In this document: positions 48,743 through 54,918 of the stretch, one piece after another
How the letters are laid out: each line of letters begins with the position of its first letter
Position numbering within the stretch: position 1 is the first letter of the stretch
DNA from: a virus
Lineage: Duplodnaviria; Caudoviricetes
Strand: one strand, 5' to 3'
DNA length: 54,918 nt
IMG/VR virus record: IMGVR_UViG_3300021957_000050
Coordinates: 1-54,918 of that record
Notes under the pieces: generated by a model
Told to the model about the DNA's origin: nothing
The model's database searches: none
Seen by the model: only the letters and a program-made list of their open reading frames with translations
Program-made: the position numbers and the translations under genes

Positions 48743-49720
48743 ATGAGTTTACTAAAAGAAAGGATAGTTTACAAACCGTTTGAATATCCACAAGCATACG
48801 ATTACTGGTTAAAACAACAACAAGCTCATTGGCTGCATACAGAAGTGCCGATGGCGAACGACGTAACTGACTGGAAGTCTAATATGACCACTAGTGAAAA
48901 AAACGTTGTAGGTCAAATTTTAAAAGGATTTGCACAAACAGAAACAATTGTTAATGACTACTGGTCTACCTTAGTTACTAAGTGGTTTAGAAAACCAGAA
49001 GTAATAATGATGGGGACTACTTTAGGTTCCTCAGAAACTATTCATGCAGAAGCATACTCGTTGCTAAATGAACAATTAGGGTTAGATGACTTTTCAGAAT
49101 TTCTTGAAGATGAAGCTACTATGGCTAAAATAGAAGCTTTAATGAATGTTAGAGATAATCACGATGGTACTCCTAACTGGCATGAAAGAGCTAAGTCTTT
49201 AGCAATTTTTTCTGCGTTTACGGAAGGTGTGAATCTTTTTTCTTCCTTTGCAGTATTACTATCATATAAAATGCGTAACCTACTTAAAGGTGTAGGTCAA
49301 ATAGTAGAATGGTCTGTAAGAGATGAATCCTTACACTCAGATGCAGGCTGTTGGTTATTTAGAACTCTGATGGAAGAACATCCAGAATTCAAAACTCCTG
49401 AACTTATAGCTGAGATAGAGGAAGCAGCACATTTAGCTTTAAAACTAGAGTTCGATTTTATTGATAAGGTATTTGAAATGGGTGACTTAGAGAATCTAAG
49501 CAAGACAGAGTTAAAGAATTTTATCAAACATAGAGTTAATACTAAAATGGGAGATCTGGGCTTAGATCCAATTATTCCATCATCTGATATTGATAAAGGA
49601 GCTTTAAAAACAATGAAATGGTTTGATGCAGTTATAGCTGGTAAACAACAGACAGATTTCTTTGCAAGCAGAGTTACAAATTACAGTAAAGGTCATATTG
49701 ACTGGTCTAACGCATTTTAA
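48743..49720 (+). CDS. nrdB: Ribonucleotide reductase class I beta subunit
   Basis: KPFEYP, W..E, E..H..AY, EG..LFSSF, RDESLH and DFF..R motifs. Confidence 0.93.
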   Translation: MSLLKERIVYKPFEYPQAYDYWLKQQQAHWLHTEVPMANDVTDWKSNMTTSEKNVVGQILKGFAQTETIVNDYWSTLVTKWFRKPEVIMMGTTLGSSETIHAEAYSLLNEQLGLDDFSEFLEDEATMAKIEALMNVRDNHDGTPNWHERAKSLAIFSAFTEGVNLFSSFAVLLSYKMRNLLKGVGQIVEWSVRDESLHSDAGCWLFRTLMEEHPEFKTPELIAEIEEAAHLALKLEFDFIDKVFEMGDLENLSKTELKNFIKHRVNTKMGDLGLDPIIPSSDIDKGALKTMKWFDAVIAGKQQTDFFASRVTNYSKGHIDWSNAF

Positions 49721-49729
49721 AAAAAACTT

Positions 49730-51442
49730 ATGAGCATAATTGTAGACACTTCTTCCTGGGAATCAGGTAAGGACTACCCAGAATGGATGAATGAAATATC
49801 AATTGCTACTATATCAAAAGGGTATCTTTTAGCAGATGAAACACCAAAAAAAGCTTTTAGAAGAGTTGCTTCCACAATAGCAAGAAGGTTAGATAGACCG
49901 GATATGGAAAATAAGTTCTTTAGGTATATGTGGAAAGGTTGGTTAAACCTGGCTTCACCAGTTTTATCTAATACTGGAACTGATAAAGGACTACCAATCT
50001 CCTGTTTTGGTATTGATACCCCAGACTCTATTAGAGGTATCGGTTTGACTAATGCAGAACTTATGAGATTAACTTCTTTAGGTGGAGGAGTTGGAATCGG
50101 TTTAGGTAAAGTTAGAGGAAGAGGTGAAAAAATAGGAAACGGAGTAGGTCAATCAGAAGGTATAGTACCTTGGGCTAAAATTTATGATTCTACTATCATA
50201 GCTACTAACCAAGGAGCAGTTAGAAGAGGAGCAGCATCAGTAAACTTAGACATCAATCATCCAGACATAGAGGAGTATCTAGAAATACGTAGACCCAAGG
50301 GAGACCCTAACAGACAGTGCCTCAATTTACATCAATGTGTAAATATAGATGATGCTTTTATGCAACGTTTAGAACATAGAGATGCAGAAGCAATGGAATT
50401 ATGGATAAAGATTCTTAAATCTAGAATGGAAACCGGAGAACCCTACATTATGTTTGGTGATACAGTAAATAATGCAAATCCATTAGCATATAAGAAAAAT
50501 AATCTAGATGTTTCTATGACTAATATTTGTTCTGAAATTACTTTACATACTGACGAAGAACATAGCTTTATATGTTGCTTGTCTTCAGTTAACCTTACCA
50601 AATACGATGAATGGAAAAACAGTGATTTAATAGAAACTGCTATATACTTTTTAGACGGAGTCTTAGAAGAATTTTTAGCTAAGACATCTGGAAGAGATTC
50701 ACTTATTAGAGCTCATAGATCAGCTAAGAAAGGAAGAGCAATAGGATTAGGAGTATTAGGTTGGCATACGTTACTTCAAAACGAAAGAATACCATTTGCC
50801 TCAATTGCTGCTACATCACTAACTCACCAGATATTTTCAGATATTAAGCAAAAAGCAGAAAATGCTTCTAGAAAATTAGCAAATGAATATGGGGAGCCAT
50901 TATGGTGCAAAGGTACTGGAATGAGAAATACACATTTGATAGCTGTTGCTCCTACAGTTTCTAATAGTACTATAGCTGGAGGAGTATCTGCAGGAATCGA
51001 ACCTGTACCTGCTAATGTTTATACTTTTAATTCTGCCAAAGGTACTTTCATCAGAAAGAATTCTGCTTTAGAAAGCTACTTAGAAGAATCAGGACATAAC
51101 ACAGAAGAAGTATGGGATGAAATTATGAAGGATAGAGGTTCAATTGCTAATCTACCCGAAGATATTATGCCAGCAGAAGATAAACCTATATTTTTAACCT
51201 TTGCAGAAATTAACCAGCTTCAATTGGTTGAGCAAGCTTCTGCTAGACAGAAATATATAGATCAAACACAATCTTTAAATTTAGCATTTGACCCAACAGA
51301 TAGTCCTAAGTTTATTAACGAAGTACATCAAGCAGCATGGAGGTTAGGAGTTAAAACTCTATACTACCTAAGAACAGACTCAGTAATCAATGGAGATATA
51401 GGTAGCAGGACTTCCACAGATTGTTTAAGTTGTGATGGATAA
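49730..51442 (+). CDS. nrdA: Ribonucleotide reductase class I alpha subunit (no ATP cone)
   Basis: SPVL.N, ISCF, GGGVG, RRGA, TNICSE, APT, YY and C-terminal CLSCDG. Confidence 0.93.
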   Translation: MSIIVDTSSWESGKDYPEWMNEISIATISKGYLLADETPKKAFRRVASTIARRLDRPDMENKFFRYMWKGWLNLASPVLSNTGTDKGLPISCFGIDTPDSIRGIGLTNAELMRLTSLGGGVGIGLGKVRGRGEKIGNGVGQSEGIVPWAKIYDSTIIATNQGAVRRGAASVNLDINHPDIEEYLEIRRPKGDPNRQCLNLHQCVNIDDAFMQRLEHRDAEAMELWIKILKSRMETGEPYIMFGDTVNNANPLAYKKNNLDVSMTNICSEITLHTDEEHSFICCLSSVNLTKYDEWKNSDLIETAIYFLDGVLEEFLAKTSGRDSLIRAHRSAKKGRAIGLGVLGWHTLLQNERIPFASIAATSLTHQIFSDIKQKAENASRKLANEYGEPLWCKGTGMRNTHLIAVAPTVSNSTIAGGVSAGIEPVPANVYTFNSAKGTFIRKNSALESYLEESGHNTEEVWDEIMKDRGSIANLPEDIMPAEDKPIFLTFAEINQLQLVEQASARQKYIDQTQSLNLAFDPTDSPKFINEVHQAAWRLGVKTLYYLRTDSVINGDIGSRTSTDCLSCDG

Positions 51443-51455
51443 AAATTAAATTATA

Positions 51456-51485
51456 GTTGTTAATTAAAATAAAATTTCTTATATT
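51456..51485 (+). promoter_or_regulatory. Class 1 promoter before thioredoxin
   Basis: Exact GTTG-N16-TTCTTATATT. Confidence 0.7.
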
Positions 51486-51490
51486 ATAGT

Positions 51491-51748
51491 ATGGTACAAG
51501 CAATAAAATTTTACGCAGATTGGTGCGGACCTTGTAAAGTCTACGATAGAGTATGGACCAAGGTAGAAAGTGAATTAAATGAAAAAGTTAAGTTTAAAAG
51601 TATTAATATAGAAAAAGACACCTCAGGACTAGCAGCAGAGTATAAAGTTAGATCAATACCTTTTACAGTTATAATTAATGAAGAAGGTACAACTACTACT
51701 AAAACAGGCTTAATAAAAGAAGAAGAACTCAAAGAGTTATTAAAATAA
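51491..51748 (+). CDS. Thioredoxin
   Basis: WCGPC active site and SIP cis-Pro loop; follows nrdA. Confidence 0.9.
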   Translation: MVQAIKFYADWCGPCKVYDRVWTKVESELNEKVKFKSINIEKDTSGLAAEYKVRSIPFTVIINEEGTTTTKTGLIKEEELKELLK

Positions 51749-51773
51749 GTAATCAATAAAATAAGTTATATAA

Positions 51774-52073
51774 ATGTTACGAAAACCAGATTCAATCCCT
51801 GCTAACGATACTATCGTTCAGGACCCTAGTATGGAACCTTTCTTTATCAGTAAATCCTCTACAGGAGGCTATACAGTATATGAAAGAGTAATTAAAGGAG
51901 ATAATAATACAGAGTATATTAAAACTGTGTGTTACCCTGCTAATTTTTCTTATGCTTTAAAGAAAGTCGCAGAAGAAAAGTTAAATCAAAAGAAAAGTTA
52001 TAATTCTATAAAAGAGTATGTTAATACATACGAAAATATTAGTAAAACTATGACTAATATAATTAATATCTAG
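51774..52073 (+). CDS. Hypothetical protein
   Basis: 99-aa ORF with an A-rich leader, in operon. Confidence 0.65.
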   Translation: MLRKPDSIPANDTIVQDPSMEPFFISKSSTGGYTVYERVIKGDNNTEYIKTVCYPANFSYALKKVAEEKLNQKKSYNSIKEYVNTYENISKTMTNIINI

Positions 52074-52120
52074 CGTTAGCCTATACGCGTAATACCTGGC
52101 AAATTTTAAATAAGTAAATT

Positions 52121-52912
52121 ATGGCACATTGTGTAGTAAGTTTAAGTGGTGGAATGGATAGCAGCACCCTATTGTTAAGAGCTATCGAGAAGTATGATAC
52201 TGTAACAGGTATCTCATTTGATTACGGTCAAAAACATAGAGTTGAACTTGAAAGAGCTCAACAATTGATTGATTACCTTGCAAGTAAAGGTCACAAAGTA
52301 AATTATCGTCAAATTAAACTAGACGGCTTAGTAGACCTATTAGATTCAGCATTAACTGAAGGCGGTAAGGATGTACCTGAAGGGCATTATGAGCAAGATA
52401 ATATGAAAGAAACAGTTGTTCCTAACAGAAACAAAATGTTTGCTTCTATTACACAAGCAGTAGCATTATCTGTAGCAAATAAAACAGAAGATGTCTGTGA
52501 TATTGCTTTAGGAATTCATGCTGGAGATCATGCAGTTTATCCTGATTGTAGACAAGAATTTAGAGATGCAGATGACGCAGCTTTTAGAATTGGTAATTGG
52601 GAGGCAGATAGAGTAGGGTATTTCACACCTTATTTAGATACTGATAAGTTTGGTATTTTACAAGATGGATTAAATTTATGTGAGGTTCTAGATTTAGATT
52701 TTGATGAAGTCTATAAAAGAACAAATACATCATATAAACCTTACCCATCAGGAAATAGCGACTATAAGTCAGCATCTTCAGTAGAACGTATTGAAGCATT
52801 TATAGCATTAGGGAGACCTGATCCAGTACAGTACGAAGATGAAAGCGGTCCTGTATCTTACGAAGTAGCAAAAGCATCAGTTGTAAAAGTACTTGCAGGT
52901 TATGGCAATTAG
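52121..52912 (+). CDS. queC: 7-cyano-7-deazaguanine synthase (variant lacking zinc cysteines)
   Basis: SLSGGMDS, FDYGQKH..E, S.LT, TVVPNRN and H.GD...YPDCR.EF motifs. Confidence 0.9.
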   Translation: MAHCVVSLSGGMDSSTLLLRAIEKYDTVTGISFDYGQKHRVELERAQQLIDYLASKGHKVNYRQIKLDGLVDLLDSALTEGGKDVPEGHYEQDNMKETVVPNRNKMFASITQAVALSVANKTEDVCDIALGIHAGDHAVYPDCRQEFRDADDAAFRIGNWEADRVGYFTPYLDTDKFGILQDGLNLCEVLDLDFDEVYKRTNTSYKPYPSGNSDYKSASSVERIEAFIALGRPDPVQYEDESGPVSYEVAKASVVKVLAGYGN

Positions 52913-53045
52913 TGACCAAACAAACGGAAATACTCAATTAAATTCTGAAAGGAATAAATTTAATAATCGTATAGAAAAATTATCGATGCTGAGTAAAACA
53001 AAAAAAGTGAAATGGGACGGTATGAGAAGACACCGTAATATTTAA
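52902..53045 (+). CDS. Small basic hypothetical protein (47 aa, not in the ORF track)
   Basis: ATG overlaps the queC end; MAISDQTNGNTQLNSERNKFNNRIEKLSMLSKTKKVKWDGMRRHRNI fills the gap before the next gene. Confidence 0.5.
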   Translation: MAISDQTNGNTQLNSERNKFNNRIEKLSMLSKTKKVKWDGMRRHRNI

Positions 53046-53063
53046 AATACTAAAAATATAAAT

Positions 53064-53738
53064 TTGCAAAAACAATTAAAAATAGTATTTTGTCTACCAG
53101 GACGAACTTTTTCAAATAATTTTTTGACTAGTTGGAGTAATCTTCTACAGTACTTACCTAAGTATGGAATTACTCCAATTCTGTCAAATAGTTATAGTCC
53201 ACTACTATACTACGTTAGAAATCAATGTTTAGGAGGCGCATCAGTAAAAGGAAAAAATCAAATACCTTTTGATGGCCAAGTAGATTATGATTACATAATG
53301 TGGATAGATTCAGATATGGTATTTGAAGTTAATGACTTTATTAAGTTACTTAACATGAATAAGGATATTGCTTCCGGAATATATAAAACTCAGAACAATT
53401 CTAACTACGCTACAGTAGAAAAATGGAATAAAGAGTACTATGCAAAAAACGGTTCTTTTGAATTTTTAGATGATAAGTTAATAAATAAAAGAACTAAACC
53501 ATTTAAAGTTGAGTATACTGGATTTGGTTGGATGCTAATTAAAAAAGGTGTATTTGAGTCACTAGAGTATCCATGGTTTCAACCTCTTTGGGAAGAATTT
53601 AAGGTAGGAGATACCTCATTTAAAGAATTTACTATGGAAGATGTAGCATTCTGTAGAATGATAACAAAAAAAGGTTACGATATTTATGTCGATCCAACTT
53701 TAATAATAGGACATGAGAAAATGTTGGTTCTTAAATAA
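53064..53738 (+). CDS. GT-A-fold glycosyltransferase-like protein
   Basis: FCLPG, RN, YDYIMWIDSD (DxD), SG.Y, GFGW.LIK.GVFE....PWF, EDVAFC and GHEK motifs; TTG start. Confidence 0.75.
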   Translation: MQKQLKIVFCLPGRTFSNNFLTSWSNLLQYLPKYGITPILSNSYSPLLYYVRNQCLGGASVKGKNQIPFDGQVDYDYIMWIDSDMVFEVNDFIKLLNMNKDIASGIYKTQNNSNYATVEKWNKEYYAKNGSFEFLDDKLINKRTKPFKVEYTGFGWMLIKKGVFESLEYPWFQPLWEEFKVGDTSFKEFTMEDVAFCRMITKKGYDIYVDPTLIIGHEKMLVLK

Positions 53739-53752
53739 AAATTTCTTATATT
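53723..53752 (+). promoter_or_regulatory. Class 1 promoter for the queD/queE transcript
   Basis: Exact GTTG-N16-TTCTTATATT. Confidence 0.7.
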
Positions 53753-53770
53753 AATATAACAAATAAACTA

Positions 53771-53799
53771 TAGTGTCACAGCACCACTTTAAAAACACG
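53771..53799 (+). ncRNA. preQ1 class I-like riboswitch aptamer candidate
   Basis: AGUG/CACU stem, loop UCACAGCAC and A-rich tail UUAAAAACACG. Lies between a promoter motif and the ATG at 53803, upstream of queD/queE. Confidence 0.65.
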
Positions 53800-53802
53800 A
53801 AT

Positions 53803-54042
53803 ATGAATAAATTAGGAAAAAAGGTTATAAATGAACTCTATAATAGAGAACATAGAGAGTACTTCGAAGGAATTAAGATCAATGATCATAAGATTCCAGA
53901 TCCAAAATTACACCAACAAATTAGCTTCATCAAATCAGGTATCCGTATTTTAGGTTATGCTGCATTGTGGTGGAGTATCGATATTGCTGCTATTTTGCTT
54001 ATACTATCAGAAATAGTAGGAATAGGAGAAGAATTAGTTTAA
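53803..54042 (+). CDS. Small hypothetical membrane protein
   Basis: 79 aa from ATG 53803; hydrophobic C-terminus SFIKSGIRILGY...LILSEIVGIGEELV. Confidence 0.65.
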   Translation: MNKLGKKVINELYNREHREYFEGIKINDHKIPDPKLHQQISFIKSGIRILGYAALWWSIDIAAILLILSEIVGIGEELV

Positions 54043-54052
54043 AAAATAAGTT

Positions 54053-54517
54053 ATGGGAAAATTTCAATCAACAAAAGTATTTGACGGATACTCTACTGTG
54101 TTTCGTCAATGGAAAGCAACAACTACACACTGCTCTAAATTACACGGATATGGAGTATCATTTAAACTCTGGTTTGAAGGTGAACTAGATGAAAGAAACT
54201 GGGTATGGGACTTCGGAGGTATGAAAAGAGCAAAAGGAACTATCGATGGTATGTCTCCAAAAGCATGGATGGATTATATGTTCGACCATACTTTTATAGT
54301 AGCAGAAGACGATCCGTATAAAGAATCATTTATGAAAATGGATGAAGCAGGAGTGGCACAAGTAAGAGTAATACCAGCAACTGGTGCTGAGAGCTTTGCA
54401 AAATTTATATTAGAAAAAGTAGCTCCCTTTATAAGTGAAGAAACTGAAGGTAGAGTTAAAGTAACAAAAGTAGAATTTAGAGAACATAGTAAAAATACAG
54501 CATCATATGTCGCATAA
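54053..54517 (+). CDS. queD: 6-carboxy-5,6,7,8-tetrahydropterin synthase
   Basis: HCSKLHGY, WVWDFG, FDH, GAE..A and E...N.A motifs. Confidence 0.88.
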   Translation: MGKFQSTKVFDGYSTVFRQWKATTTHCSKLHGYGVSFKLWFEGELDERNWVWDFGGMKRAKGTIDGMSPKAWMDYMFDHTFIVAEDDPYKESFMKMDEAGVAQVRVIPATGAESFAKFILEKVAPFISEETEGRVKVTKVEFREHSKNTASYVA

Positions 54518-54918
54518 ACAATTAAAAAGAATAGAAGATTACGATAAGAATTTACCTATCGTAGAAATTTATACAGCAGTACAGTCTGAAGGGTCTAGAG
54601 CAGGGTATCCAACAGTAGTGATTAGAACAACAGGATGTACACATAGATGTTACTTCGGTGAAGGAGGATGGTGTGATAGTTGGTATACAAGTATACATCC
54701 GGAAAAAGGACATTTTAACTTTAAAGACATTATTGCAATGTATGAGAAAAATCCTCATATAAAAGAGATGATGTTAACTGGAGGTTCCCCTACTATGCAT
54801 CCAGCTCTAGTAAATGAATTAACACATTTTGCACATGAAAATAATATTTTTATTACTATCGAAACTGAAGGATCTCATTTCCTCCCCACTGACTATCCTA
54901 TTAATTTGCTATCTATCT
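54507..54918 (+). CDS. queE: 7-carboxy-7-deazaguanine synthase, 3'-truncated (not in the ORF track)
   Basis: Manual translation: MSHKQLKRIEDYDKNLPIVEIYTAVQSEGSRAGYPTVVIRTTGCTHRCYFGEGGWCDSWY...MLTGGSPT...TIETEG; runs off the window end. Confidence 0.88.
   Translation, partial: MSHKQLKRIEDYDKNLPIVEIYTAVQSEGSRAGYPTVVIRTTGCTHRCYFGEGGWCDSWYTSIHPEKGHFNFKDIIAMYEKNPHIKEMMLTGGSPTMHPALVNELTHFAHENNIFITIETEGSHFLPTDYPINLLSI

Noticed and set aside
42461-51442. Introns or inteins in the polymerase, helicase, recombinase or RNR genes
   Set aside because: The ORFs are continuous and compact, with no splice-junction or homing endonuclease motifs.
52121-52912. QueC as an anti-phage defence component (QatC/Cap9 type)
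   Set aside because: Canonical length and motifs with neighbouring queD/queE; no qat or CBASS partners.
53773-53802. GTG start at 53773 given by the ORF track
   Set aside because: It lies inside the riboswitch-like stem; ATG 53803 with A at -3 is more plausible.
498-54758. Many short minus-strand and nested plus-strand ORFs in the track
   Set aside because: Almost all lie within long + strand genes and read as antisense or out-of-frame shadows (for example VVPIPTLP is the reverse of GNVGIGTT); no independent motifs.
1-54918. Stop-codon reassignment, tRNA genes or prophage integration features
   Set aside because: The standard code gives dense, full-length genes using TAA, TAG and TGA stops. 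Intergenic gaps are short with no cloverleaf recognised, and no integrase or host genes are present.

Overview
This AT-rich window is part of a large contractile-tailed (myovirus-type) bacteriophage genome, and every credible gene lies on the + strand. A Bacteroidota/Flavobacteria host is inferred from TTG-N20-TATATT promoter-like motifs, the lack of Shine-Dalgarno sites and a CX3CX7C-type QueE. Layout: (1) 1-24.9 kb, five very large modular tail-fibre/adhesin genes built on about 50 GNVGIGT-type repeats, two ending in peptidase-S74 chaperones; (2) 25-29.9 kb, an enzyme cassette embedded among virion genes (GT25, two further GT-A-like proteins, a SPASM-first radical SAM enzyme, a 2OG-Fe(II) oxygenase); (3) 30.8-42.4 kb, tail sheath, tube, assembly chaperone with a likely programmed frameshift, tape measure and baseplate; (4) 42.5-51.7 kb, replication and nucleotide genes (minimal PolA, SSB, RecA-like, 5'-3' exonuclease, DnaB-like helicase, NrdB, NrdA, thioredoxin); (5) 52.1 kb-end, a 7-deazaguanine cluster (queC, glycosyltransferase, queD, queE). 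The strongest novel signal is a preQ1-I-like riboswitch pseudoknot in the short 5' UTR of the phage queD/queE transcript. Also notable are a second pseudoknot candidate before a QueC lacking its zinc cysteines, and two distinct promoter classes. All calls come from reading motifs by eye; no database searches were run.
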